A stretch of 64,000 nt of DNA, taken from IMG/VR virus record IMGVR_UViG_3300044996_000496, positions 23,579 to 87,578 of that record; one strand, 5' to 3'. This DNA comes from a virus. The position numbers and the translations under genes were made by a program. This document shows, piece by piece, positions 8,728-18,177 of the stretch. Under the pieces are notes generated by a model. The model was not told the origin of the DNA. It saw nothing but the letters and a program-made list of their open reading frames with translations, and searched no databases. Within the stretch, counting starts at the first letter, position 1, and every line of letters starts with the position of its first letter.

Positions 8728-9995
8728 ATGTAAGTAGTGTAAAGAATAATAAAATATGTAGAATAATACGCAATTGTTATCTTGAGAAGAATTTGTCTTG
8801 TGATATTTTTGTTGCCGGAGAATATCTTGTTGGGCAGCTAATTGGAGATAATAAATTAAATGAAATAAAAATAGTTTTTGATGGGTCATTACCTGATGAT
8901 AAGATTAGACGATTTGTCGAATATGTAATATCTTCGTTGGGATGGGTACATAAGTTTGATGATCATGATTTGTTAAATTTGATGTATTTTGACAAATATT
9001 CTGATAATAATGTATTGTTTAGATTTGTTGTTGATATTGAAAATGTTGTTTTTATTTTTTATGTTTATAAGAGTTGTAATTTGTTAAATGATGTATACGA
9101 TAGAGTTGCCGGGGGATTAAGCAATGATCTAATTTGTTATGATGTTAAATTAGACGTTGGCGTTGGGGTGGCCAGAAGTTGGGAACAGAACATAATTTCT
9201 CCAAAGGGCGATTATATATCGTGGATTAGGGATGATTTTAGTAGAATTATGAAAGTGTTTCGTTATGCTTGTGATTATAATTGTGATTTGTCGTATATGC
9301 TAACTGGATTTATTGGACAACTCGTTGACTCAAAAGATTCTGAGTTTATTAACTATTTTAAGTTTGATAATTTTGCTGCGTATAGGGCAGAATTTATAAA
9401 ATGCATTATGTCGGACAATGCTAGTAAAATTTTCACTAGATTGCATGATTGTGGAGTTTTAAAGTATATTCTTCCGCAGGTTTCCATTCTATCAACAATT
9501 AAACAAAATAAACCAACAGCAAATAATGCATTTATTCACACAATGCAGGTTTTAAAGTTGTGTCCTAGAGATCTTGGGCTTAGAATAGCTGCAATTTTTC
9601 ATGATGTCGGGAAGTATGAAACCAATTCGGCTGTTGATGATAGATTTTATAGACATGAGGTGATTAGCTCAAATAAAGTAATCAAATGGTTTAAATGTAC
9701 TGGGTTTGGATCGCAAATTATTGATGGTAATGTTGAGTTTGTTGTTCCAGTTGTTCCAATATTAATTTCTAATCATATGCATATAGGTGGTTTGGTCAAA
9801 TCTGGTGTAATTACATCAAATGCGGTCTCAAGACTTCATACTAGGTGCAGAGGTGAGCATTTAAGATCTGTACTGTTAGCAATGTATGATAGACTATGTA
9901 GCGTTAAAGAAGAAAATAGGGTTAATGAGTCAATAGAATATTATAGGTTAATTTTTGAGCTTAACAAAAGGGAGCTTGAGCTTAAACATGGATGA
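8703..9995 (+). CDS. CCA-adding/poly(A) polymerase-like protein with HD domain; nucleotidyltransferase motifs degenerate
   Basis: DDFSRIMKVFRYA (EDPLR-like), GVLKYILP, FIHTMQV, FHDVGK, FYRHE, NHMH; head motifs GGxVRD/DxD/RRD not conserved; likely start GTG 8718. Confidence 0.75.
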   Translation: MSEGTVDVNVSSVKNNKICRIIRNCYLEKNLSCDIFVAGEYLVGQLIGDNKLNEIKIVFDGSLPDDKIRRFVEYVISSLGWVHKFDDHDLLNLMYFDKYSDNNVLFRFVVDIENVVFIFYVYKSCNLLNDVYDRVAGGLSNDLICYDVKLDVGVGVARSWEQNIISPKGDYISWIRDDFSRIMKVFRYACDYNCDLSYMLTGFIGQLVDSKDSEFINYFKFDNFAAYRAEFIKCIMSDNASKIFTRLHDCGVLKYILPQVSILSTIKQNKPTANNAFIHTMQVLKLCPRDLGLRIAAIFHDVGKYETNSAVDDRFYRHEVISSNKVIKWFKCTGFGSQIIDGNVEFVVPVVPILISNHMHIGGLVKSGVITSNAVSRLHTRCRGEHLRSVLLAMYDRLCSVKEENRVNESIEYYRLIFELNKRELELKHG

Positions 9996-10158
9996 TGATA
10001 TTGTTGATGGCGATTCTGAGTTTATTGATGCCATAAGTGGGCCATGCATCAATCGTATAAAACGAAAAATGAAAAAGATAAAAAAGAAAAAATTATGGCC
10101 GGGGAGGAAGCAAATTATTGACAATGAAGAAGAGGGACAAGAAGGAGCCGATAAGTAA
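9955..10158 (+). CDS. Small charged hypothetical protein
   Basis: Likely start ATG 9988; acidic-basic-acidic composition. Confidence 0.45.
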   Translation: MSLTKGSLSLNMDDDIVDGDSEFIDAISGPCINRIKRKMKKIKKKKLWPGRKQIIDNEEEGQEGADK

Positions 10159-10576
10159 ATCTAAGGGGCATATTATTGTTGGTGAGATTTTAAAGAATAT
10201 GTTCCCTATCAGTAAAATTTATGAAGAATATAAATATAATAGATTGTTATTAATGTTTTATAAGAAAAATTCATTTGTGGTTAGGGATAATGCATTAATA
10301 GCAAAAGCTGGTCGCCTAAGGGCTGATTGGGTGGTTTTGGATAAAAGGTTGATAGTTGAAATTCAGGGTGATCAGCATTACGGTCCAGTTAGGTTTGGTG
10401 GAAGTGTCGATAGTTCTGAAATGAGATATTATGATCAAAAAATAAATGACAATACAAAAAGAATTATAGCAAATGAGATGAATTGGTTGTTGGTTGAGAT
10501 TCCATATATACATGGAGTTAGTTTGAATGAAAATTATGTGAGGGGGATAATAACAAATACCTTGTTGTCTTCATAG
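10118..10576 (+). CDS. DUF559/Vsr-like PD-(D/E)XK endonuclease
   Basis: LRADW...LIVEIQGDQHY...DNTKR...LVEIPY. Confidence 0.8.
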   Translation: MTMKKRDKKEPISKSKGHIIVGEILKNMFPISKIYEEYKYNRLLLMFYKKNSFVVRDNALIAKAGRLRADWVVLDKRLIVEIQGDQHYGPVRFGGSVDSSEMRYYDQKINDNTKRIIANEMNWLLVEIPYIHGVSLNENYVRGIITNTLLSS

Positions 10577-10584
10577 GTGTAGAA

Positions 10585-11001
10585 ATGCAGAAAGGTATTG
10601 TAACTTCTAATATTCTGGAAGGCACAGATAGACTGGTTGTGCCTCCTGCGTTTTTTATTGCAAATTTTAAATCCAGGGAAGCCGAACCATTTCCAGTTTT
10701 GTATTATCAGTACTTACAAAAACCATATCACATAAGAGCCTTGTGTCGTTGCAAATGTTGTAAAACGTATATGTGTGAAAAAGTGCTGGAATATGGTCAG
10801 TACATTGGAAAGTATCAAACCAAATTTGGTTATTTGTCTCCTGGGATGTATGAGGGGATTGAGTTGATAACCATACCATTGAAAGAGTATCCCGGCTCTG
10901 TTGGTAGATTGTATAAACGAGTAGTTAGAATAGAAAATGTAATTGACATGTACGATGGGAGGTTTTTTGCGCACATAAGGGAACTAGGTGATATAAAATG
11001 A
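10585..11001 (+). CDS. Hypothetical protein (CxCxxC)
   Basis: ORF coupled to next gene by ATGA overlap. Confidence 0.55.
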   Translation: MQKGIVTSNILEGTDRLVVPPAFFIANFKSREAEPFPVLYYQYLQKPYHIRALCRCKCCKTYMCEKVLEYGQYIGKYQTKFGYLSPGMYEGIELITIPLKEYPGSVGRLYKRVVRIENVIDMYDGRFFAHIRELGDIK

Positions 11002-11759
11002 TAGAAAAAAAACTAAAAGTTAGTCAAAGTGAAATTGATGAGGTTAGAGATAAATTAATTGGTGCCAAGATTGAAAATGATATGACTGAAAATGAAAAAA
11101 AAGAAATAATGAATGAAATTGATGTAAAAATACAAAGAGCGATAGATGGATGGAATACTGCTCCAAAAGAATTTAAGATGAGATGTATGATTTTGTTTGG
11201 TGTTGATGAGAGTTGGCTTCCAAGGAACAGAAGAACTCATGATCAAACAGAGGTTGATGATATAGATACAAGTTATGATAGGGAAATGTTGTCTGGGCTT
11301 ACAAATAGGGAAAAGCGTATATTTAAACAAAGAGTTGAATCTTATAAAAAGGAATTTGATTTAAATGACTCATCTGATTATGCCATGATACTGCAAATAG
11401 TTGCGGATGAAGTTTTGCAGAGAAGATATATTAGAGACATACTTTTAGAAAAGAAAAATGATGTCAGTAAGTTAATTGATTTATTAAATAAGCGATTATC
11501 TTCTAACTTGGAGACTCTTGGTATTACTAGAAGTAAGCGTAAAGAACTTCAAGAAGAGCAGGAGGGGCACGTTGCTCAAATATCTGACTCTCTTGACGAG
11601 AAGTTAAGAAGCATAGCGAAAATTCATAAAGAACATATGGAAGAAGAAGATATGTATATGAAAATGAAAAACAGTAGATCTGGTCCTGTTAATGTTATTC
11701 CGTCTATGCAAGAACTTCAGGAAACAGCTGAAGAGTTTGGGTACGAGGCGAAAAGCTAG
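10998..11759 (+). CDS. Putative terminase small subunit
   Basis: Helical protein directly upstream of the large terminase; LETLGITRSKRK segment. Confidence 0.55.
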   Translation: MIEKKLKVSQSEIDEVRDKLIGAKIENDMTENEKKEIMNEIDVKIQRAIDGWNTAPKEFKMRCMILFGVDESWLPRNRRTHDQTEVDDIDTSYDREMLSGLTNREKRIFKQRVESYKKEFDLNDSSDYAMILQIVADEVLQRRYIRDILLEKKNDVSKLIDLLNKRLSSNLETLGITRSKRKELQEEQEGHVAQISDSLDEKLRSIAKIHKEHMEEEDMYMKMKNSRSGPVNVIPSMQELQETAEEFGYEAKS

Positions 11760-11760
11760 A

Positions 11761-13368
11761 ATGGCAGATAATAGTATAAAATTAATGAAACATGAAAGAT
11801 ATTATTTGACCAACAGTGAGCAACTTATTGATTTATATAGAGCGGATCCCGTTATGGCTGCTCATGATTTATTGGGTATTCGTTTAATTTGGTTACAACG
11901 TATTGCATTGAGGACAATGTGGTTTAAGTTGTATGTTGCTTTAAACTGGGGGCGCGGAACCTCAAAAACATTTATTTTGGCATTGTTTTGTGTATTAAAG
12001 GCGATGCTGTACCCAGGTATGCGTATAGGTGTTTTTGCCCCAAGTTTTAGACAGCAGGGATTTATTTTTGATGAAATAGAACGTATGATGTCAAATAGCC
12101 CATTTTTGCGTATGTGTGTTAAGGGCGGGAAAATATCTAGGGGCCAAGGAAGAATTTACATGCAGATAGGAAAGTCTATGATCGAAGCTTTGCCGACCGG
12201 ACATGACGGCGGGAAGGCCAGGGGTAGACGTTATGGTGTTGTGGTATGTGATGAGTATGCGCAAATTCTTCCAGATATAATTAAACTTGTTATAAGACCG
12301 ATGTTGAACATTAAAATTGGTGGAGTTTCTAACCAGTTTATAGTTGCCTCGTCTGCATTTTATAAATGGAATCATTTTTATGGATTATGGTGTCATTATA
12401 AAGTTATGGAGGAGAAGTTTCCAGAGCAGTATGGTGTTCTTGATTTTGATTATAGAGATATATTAATGACTAAGAATTCTCCGTTTGAAGTTGATACATC
12501 GATTATAGATGCACAAAAAAGTGACATGCCACATGAGCTTTTTTTGATGGAAAATTTGTCTGTGTTTCCAGATGAAAGTGTTGGATACTTCCCAGCAAAG
12601 CTTTTGGAGGAGGCCACACCGAAAAGAACTCCTATTGCAATAGAGCCAAATAAAGGGGATCACGACGGTATTTATACTCTTGGGATTGATTGTGCTCGAA
12701 CAAAGGGCGGGGACAATTTCTCTGTTGCTGTTTCTAAGGTAGTCGGTGGCAAAATACACTTGGTTAGGCTTGAGTCAATGAACGGCAAACCATTTCAGGA
12801 GATGGTATATCTAATTAGAGTGCTGCTACGTGATTACCCGATGGCGCGTATATATAATGATTATGGTGGTGGAGGTCAGGCAATAACCGATTTGCTTAAT
12901 GAGCCGTGGGCCGACTATTCTAGTGGGAGAAGAGTGGATTATCCGCCAATTTTAGATATAGATGAATATGACGAGTATTCATCATATGAGGGTAATAGGA
13001 TTCTTAAGCAGTTTAAATTTAGTAATGATAGTAAATCTGCTATATTTTCATCCTTTAAGGCAGATTTGGAAAATGGTGTGTTTAAGTTTCCACTCGGTGT
13101 TTTTAAAGATGATGATCCAGATGTAGAGAGAATTGGTCTTGAGATTAAATGTGCAAAATCCGAGTTTATGGTTGTAATGACTGAGCCGACTAGTCATGGA
13201 TATAGATTTGTTACTCCAGAAAATATGAGAGATGATAGGGCGACTTCCATTATTTTATCTCATGCTGCTGCAAGAGATATTATGAAAATAGAGAGAGAGA
13301 CTGGTGAAGTTGAAGATGTTCCAATGCCGTCGGTTGGTGTTTGGGTTGGGGATAGAAGTACATTGTAA
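11761..13368 (+). CDS. terL: Terminase large subunit
   Basis: Walker A-like WGRGTSKT, ARGRR, Walker B VVCDE, VASSA, RNase H-like GIDCAR and DDRAT; ATG 11761 preferred over track start 11692. Confidence 0.92.
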   Translation: MADNSIKLMKHERYYLTNSEQLIDLYRADPVMAAHDLLGIRLIWLQRIALRTMWFKLYVALNWGRGTSKTFILALFCVLKAMLYPGMRIGVFAPSFRQQGFIFDEIERMMSNSPFLRMCVKGGKISRGQGRIYMQIGKSMIEALPTGHDGGKARGRRYGVVVCDEYAQILPDIIKLVIRPMLNIKIGGVSNQFIVASSAFYKWNHFYGLWCHYKVMEEKFPEQYGVLDFDYRDILMTKNSPFEVDTSIIDAQKSDMPHELFLMENLSVFPDESVGYFPAKLLEEATPKRTPIAIEPNKGDHDGIYTLGIDCARTKGGDNFSVAVSKVVGGKIHLVRLESMNGKPFQEMVYLIRVLLRDYPMARIYNDYGGGGQAITDLLNEPWADYSSGRRVDYPPILDIDEYDEYSSYEGNRILKQFKFSNDSKSAIFSSFKADLENGVFKFPLGVFKDDDPDVERIGLEIKCAKSEFMVVMTEPTSHGYRFVTPENMRDDRATSIILSHAAARDIMKIERETGEVEDVPMPSVGVWVGDRSTL

Positions 13369-13382
13369 TTTCGGGTGGTATT

Positions 13383-15059
13383 ATGGAGAGTAAAGTTGGC
13401 GCTCGTCCTGACAGTAACCAGGTTTGCGTTGATAGGCGTAAGCGTGAGGTTAAGTTTGTAGAACAGGTTACTGGACAAAAGGTTGAATATGGTATGAATA
13501 GCAGGGACGAGCTTGGTGGTCCTGTTATTGTTTATTATTCTGGTGATGGTCAAAAACTCGGCTCCAGCAGAGATATGCACGATTCTTCAAAATCGCATGG
13601 TGATATTGATCCTGTTGTTGGATTTGTAGTTCCAAGAAAACAACAAACTGCTATTAAGTATTTAGACGAGGCTAGGGAGTATAATGATCAAAATGCAACA
13701 ATAAATAAACAAATGGAATTATCCAATAAATTATATTTAAATGAGGGAGTTATAGGAACTGCAATAGATATTTTGGTTGAGTTTGCTGTTACTGAACCAT
13801 ATTGGGAGAATGTAGATAACCAAAACGCTCTTGAAATATTAAATCAGTGGAAAGATTATTTAAATTACGGGAAACCGAATATAGTTCAGGGAATAGAGGG
13901 GTTGAGTCGCGAAATGGCTTTAGATTGGTTTATTTGTGGCAATGTTTTTCCGTTTGTATCTTGGAGTTCTAAGGCTGGAAGGCAATTTAAGTTAAGAAGA
14001 GACAATGTGTCTCTTCCAGATTCTATATCGCTTTTAAATCCTCTTGCTGTAGAGATTCCAGATGGACCAGTTGAGTTTGGGCAAAAAGTAATTTTTCTTA
14101 AATTAAGTGATAAAGTTAGGGATGCAATTAAATATAAAGGAAACGATGATATTGAATTAAAAATTATTAGGGATAATATGAGTCAGGAATTGATAAATAG
14201 TATAATTAAATCAAAAGATGATAAATTGTTTATTCCAATTGATCCAAGATATGTTTGTCACCTAAGGAGAAAGGGAAGAAGCTATCAGCCATATGGCGTT
14301 CCGTACTTGACGAGATCATTTGGCGCAGTTGCCCATAAAAGAAAACTGAAAGCTTTGGACGATGCTACTACAGACGGTTTGATAAATAAAATTACTGTTT
14401 TTAAGATTGGTGATAAGGACAATCCTAAAACATGGAAGCCAGAGCGTATACGTGCATTTGCTCGCTTGTTATCTAGCCCGACCGCTACAATGTACCTAGT
14501 ATGGGCGTATGATATTGATAAAATAGAGGTTGGGCCTAGTGGAGATGTGCTAAATTTTGACAAGAAATATGAGAACGCAAACAGGGATATCCTTGAGGCG
14601 CTCGGGGTGCCGACCACACTTATTCTTGGGGCGCAAGGCGGAAACCTGCAGGACATTTGGGTTACTGTTTTGGCACTTCTTGAACGTCTTGAAGATTTTA
14701 GAAAAAATGCTGCTATATATTTTAGCAATATTGGTAGAGAAATTATGATAAATAATGGATTTGGTAATATTTATCCAAAGCTAGAATATGGTCCGGTAAT
14801 GCTTAGAAATGAAGAAAAGGTTAAAGATCTTATACTTAAGCTTTATGATAGAGGGTTGTTATCGTTTAAGACAGCCATACGTGATGCTGGTTACAGTTAT
14901 GAGAAGGAACTAAAGATAAGGAGAGAAGAGGCCAAAGAAGAGCTTGATAAAGTTTTTATGCGCAGAGATCTGCCATATTCTCCTGCAAAAAATAAACAAG
15001 AATTAAATAGCCCAGAAGATGGGAGACCTAGCGATTCGAGTGATGATGGCGTAAAGTGA
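13383..15059 (+). CDS. Portal protein
   Basis: Follows terL; AIDILVEFA, WFICGNVF, HLRRK...YGVPYL, ILEALGVP. Confidence 0.82.
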   Translation: MESKVGARPDSNQVCVDRRKREVKFVEQVTGQKVEYGMNSRDELGGPVIVYYSGDGQKLGSSRDMHDSSKSHGDIDPVVGFVVPRKQQTAIKYLDEAREYNDQNATINKQMELSNKLYLNEGVIGTAIDILVEFAVTEPYWENVDNQNALEILNQWKDYLNYGKPNIVQGIEGLSREMALDWFICGNVFPFVSWSSKAGRQFKLRRDNVSLPDSISLLNPLAVEIPDGPVEFGQKVIFLKLSDKVRDAIKYKGNDDIELKIIRDNMSQELINSIIKSKDDKLFIPIDPRYVCHLRRKGRSYQPYGVPYLTRSFGAVAHKRKLKALDDATTDGLINKITVFKIGDKDNPKTWKPERIRAFARLLSSPTATMYLVWAYDIDKIEVGPSGDVLNFDKKYENANRDILEALGVPTTLILGAQGGNLQDIWVTVLALLERLEDFRKNAAIYFSNIGREIMINNGFGNIYPKLEYGPVMLRNEEKVKDLILKLYDRGLLSFKTAIRDAGYSYEKELKIRREEAKEELDKVFMRRDLPYSPAKNKQELNSPEDGRPSDSSDDGVK

Positions 15060-15086
15060 TACATTAAAACTTAGGGGGTTAAACTG

Positions 15087-15464
15087 GTGGAGCGTACAGA
15101 AAATAAAAATGATAGTAATGGTAGATCATTTAGCATTATTGCCGTTATTACAATGTTAGTTGGATTTGCAACTATATGGAATGTGATGAACGCACAAATA
15201 AATTCACTTAAGAGTACCATTGATGCAATTGGTGTTAAGGCCGAGGCCCACTCATTTGTTGATAGTCACCCAGGTACTAGTGAAAGACTTGGCAGACTGG
15301 AAGAAAGATTATCAGCAACGGAGGCGTCAATTTGTCACACTCAAGATGTAGCCAATGTTAGACACCAGGAGATACAGATTGACACGCAAATGTTATGGAA
15401 AAAGGTTTTTGGTATCGATTATCCGTCCAGGGAGTATTGGCCGTTTAAAGGGGGATCAAAATGA
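15087..15464 (+). CDS. Single-TM plus coiled-coil membrane protein (holin-like candidate)
   Basis: FSIIAVITMLVGFATIW hydrophobic helix, then RLGRLEERL. Confidence 0.5.
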   Translation: MERTENKNDSNGRSFSIIAVITMLVGFATIWNVMNAQINSLKSTIDAIGVKAEAHSFVDSHPGTSERLGRLEERLSATEASICHTQDVANVRHQEIQIDTQMLWKKVFGIDYPSREYWPFKGGSK

Positions 15465-15568
15465 TTTTGTCATTTGTGTTGGTAGCGTTGGCGATTTTGT
15501 TTGCGTTTGAACCCAGGCTCGTTACCAACCATTTATATCATTTGGCTGATCGAATTTTTGGTAAGTAA
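15461..15568 (+). CDS. 35-aa hydrophobic peptide
   Basis: Not in ORF track: MILSFVLVALAILFAFEPRLVTNHLYHLADRIFGK*; ATGA overlap with previous gene. Confidence 0.5.
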   Translation: MILSFVLVALAILFAFEPRLVTNHLYHLADRIFGK

Positions 15569-15593
15569 TACTTATTTTCTTTAAGGAGGAAAT

Positions 15594-16388
15594 ATGTTTA
15601 AGAGAGTTGCTATAGCTATTATTTTATGTTTTGTTATGAGTTCTAATGTTTTTGCGGACGCTCTTTCAAACTATTATTTGCAACTTATTTATGAAGAGTT
15701 AAATGGAACTGCTCCATTGGGGCGCGGTGAAGCTGTAACTGACTCTATGCTCCTAGAGTGGATTCTTGATTCTTTGGAGGTTATAACTGTCCAAGATTCT
15801 ACTCAAATTTCTCTATATAATACTTTATTTGAGATTAAGGATTCTTTAGTATCTAAGTTAGATTCGGTAATTTCGTGTAATTTGATTTTGGCGGATAAGC
15901 AGGACTCATCTTTAGGCTGGCTTGGTTCTATAGATTCAACGGCCAATGATATGGAGGTTACTTTGAATGCAATACAGGCTTCTATCGATGATAGTGTTAT
16001 TGCCAAACTGAATCTTATCTTTAGGGAACTTGAACCCTCTGATACGATGGCGATATTCCAATATCCAAGTGCATCTCTTGAATTGAACGATTCTTTTACT
16101 GTTATTTTAGCGAATACGGATAGTAGCGTGTATTATCCTTCAAAGTTTTGGGGATATGATCTAGTAAAATATGGAACAAATGATGGACCAATTAGGGCCA
16201 TTTTACATTTTACAAGTGGTCATATTGATACTTTGGATATTCCATTTACTGGCCTGAGTCTTGGTGCGCAGGGGAGTTTTCTTCCTTCTGCCGTTTTTTA
16301 CCCAATGGAATTGGATTCGATTCGTATTAAGTGTACGGAGGCACTTGATTACTTGTCTATATTTTGGTTTGCTAAACATACTCAGTAA
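15594..16388 (+). CDS. Exported protein A (signal peptide, helical stalk, C-terminal beta domain); paralog of 18178-18948
   Basis: MFKRVAIAIILCFVMSSNVFA|D signal peptide; AAGGAGG SD; 10 D(S/T)(AILVMT) motifs. Confidence 0.8.
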   Translation: MFKRVAIAIILCFVMSSNVFADALSNYYLQLIYEELNGTAPLGRGEAVTDSMLLEWILDSLEVITVQDSTQISLYNTLFEIKDSLVSKLDSVISCNLILADKQDSSLGWLGSIDSTANDMEVTLNAIQASIDDSVIAKLNLIFRELEPSDTMAIFQYPSASLELNDSFTVILANTDSSVYYPSKFWGYDLVKYGTNDGPIRAILHFTSGHIDTLDIPFTGLSLGAQGSFLPSAVFYPMELDSIRIKCTEALDYLSIFWFAKHTQ

Positions 16389-16524
16389 TGGAGTGTGAAA
16401 GTGGGCGACGACGAAGGTTGGGACATTTTCACCGTATGTTTTAGAAATTTTGTTATTTTTGTTGTTTGTATTTTTATTGCCGTTGTCGTTATTTCTTATG
16501 TTTGTAAATAAGGAGTGGTTTGAC

Positions 16525-17370
16525 ATGAGGGTTTTGAGTTTATTTTTAATTTTATTGTTTAGTTCTTTAAGTTTTGCCGATACGGCTCGACCTTTGATAA
16601 GCACGAGTTTTGAAGATGGTTTTGCCGGATTGGCCGGATTAGGGGCTGATACGTTAGAGTGGGGTATAGTGTTATACAATGGGGACGGCGCGAGCTGTTA
16701 TATTGATTCAACGGTTTCTTATTTGGGTTCTAAATCTTTAGCGGTTACTGGAGATTCTGGAGCAGCTGGCATAAGGTGCTGGGCTGAGATTTTCTTTCCT
16801 ATGAGCAAATGGTTACACGTTAGGTATATGGCTCGTTATGATCGGCCATTTGTTGGTCTTGGAGAGCATCCATCTGGATTGATACACTATTGGAATGACG
16901 TTAAAGATAACCCAATTGGTGATGGTAAAAAAATGTGCAGAATTGGTTTACAATCCTCAAGTGTAACCCTTATGTCGTGCGGACTGGAAGACACACTTCG
17001 AGTGTTGCCGTCAGATTCGTTGGCGCTTTATTTTGTTACACGCGATGATACATGTGGTTTGAATTCGCAGTTACCGACTAGGTGTTATGGAATTATCAAA
17101 AGGGATGAATGGCATCGTTATGACATAATAATGAAAAATGAGTCAAGTGGATATATTAAGCGTTATGTTGATGGCAAATTGGTTTATTCTGAATCAGCAG
17201 TATTGGATACATCTGCGGCGAATTATTTGCATCTTGGAATTTGGAATTCTTTTGGTACTCAGATTGGTGAAGGTTCTTATTATTATGATTGTTTATTAGT
17301 TGATACTTCATATAGTATTCCGTGTCGTGCGGCAGAGTTGGGGCTTGATTCGCTTCCGATGAGAAGGTAG
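16525..17370 (+). CDS. Exported protein B, concanavalin A/LamG (polysaccharide-lyase-like) beta-sandwich
   Basis: Start ATG 16525 after AAGGAG; signal MRVLSLFLILLFSSLSFA|D; SFEDG, YLGSKSL, DEWHRY, YVDGKLV, YYYD. Confidence 0.7.
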   Translation: MRVLSLFLILLFSSLSFADTARPLISTSFEDGFAGLAGLGADTLEWGIVLYNGDGASCYIDSTVSYLGSKSLAVTGDSGAAGIRCWAEIFFPMSKWLHVRYMARYDRPFVGLGEHPSGLIHYWNDVKDNPIGDGKKMCRIGLQSSSVTLMSCGLEDTLRVLPSDSLALYFVTRDDTCGLNSQLPTRCYGIIKRDEWHRYDIIMKNESSGYIKRYVDGKLVYSESAVLDTSAANYLHLGIWNSFGTQIGEGSYYYDCLLVDTSYSIPCRAAELGLDSLPMRR

Positions 17371-17378
17371 GTGTTGAT

Positions 17379-18161
17379 GTGAAGAAAATTATTGTTGGGA
17401 TTATATGTTTAACTTTTATTTCAAGTTTAGTTTTTCCGTCCTCTCGGATTTTTTATGCTGGCATGGAAACTGGAGATTTTAGTGAATTTTCTAGCACAAG
17501 AACGAACGGGACTGCAACATTAACAAATACTGGGGTATATCAGTTTTGCGGAACAAAGAGTGCAATGTCATCTGTCTCATCTGGTGTTAGTAGTAGAGCA
17601 TTTGCAAACAAAGGAATTACGTCATCCAGTTATTTGCATATCAAGACAAGATTTTGCAATCAGTGGGATTCTGGTGGCTCAAACCCTAAAACAATTTTTG
17701 GATGTTTTAAAGTTAGTGACGGAACAAATTCAAGATTGACGGTTCGTTTAAAAGATGCAACTCCGAGTAATTATAATAGTAACTTTACATTCAATGTTGC
17801 GGTAAAAGATTCTGCGGCTCATGCAAATATTTCGACCGACATTGCTACTCCATTGGTTACTGACAGTGTATGGTTTGATTTTGATGTTTTTATTTCAAAG
17901 GGTGTATCAGATGGAGAAATTTCTCTTTGGGTAAACGGAGTTTTACTGCTATCGCTTGATACACTACATACAAGTGGTGCCATGCCAGATAGTATTTCTT
18001 GGGGATGCATAGCAGGTTGGACCACTGGAGATATTGGTACTGTTTGTTTTGATGAAATTGTTATGGACACGATGAGTTGTGGCCCTCCGTGTGGTTTGGT
18101 TTTTAGAAATGGAATTAGACAGGTTTGGTCTGGGATGAAGAGTTGGTTTTCATGGCTATAG
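17379..18161 (+). CDS. Exported protein C, concanavalin A/LamG-like beta-sandwich
   Basis: Signal MKKIIVGIICLTFISSLVF; METGDFSEF, GTKSA, WFDF, GEISLWVNGVL, CFDEIV; Trp-rich C-terminus. Confidence 0.7.
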   Translation: MKKIIVGIICLTFISSLVFPSSRIFYAGMETGDFSEFSSTRTNGTATLTNTGVYQFCGTKSAMSSVSSGVSSRAFANKGITSSSYLHIKTRFCNQWDSGGSNPKTIFGCFKVSDGTNSRLTVRLKDATPSNYNSNFTFNVAVKDSAAHANISTDIATPLVTDSVWFDFDVFISKGVSDGEISLWVNGVLLLSLDTLHTSGAMPDSISWGCIAGWTTGDIGTVCFDEIVMDTMSCGPPCGLVFRNGIRQVWSGMKSWFSWL

Positions 18162-18177
18162 ATTGGGGGAGTGTTTC

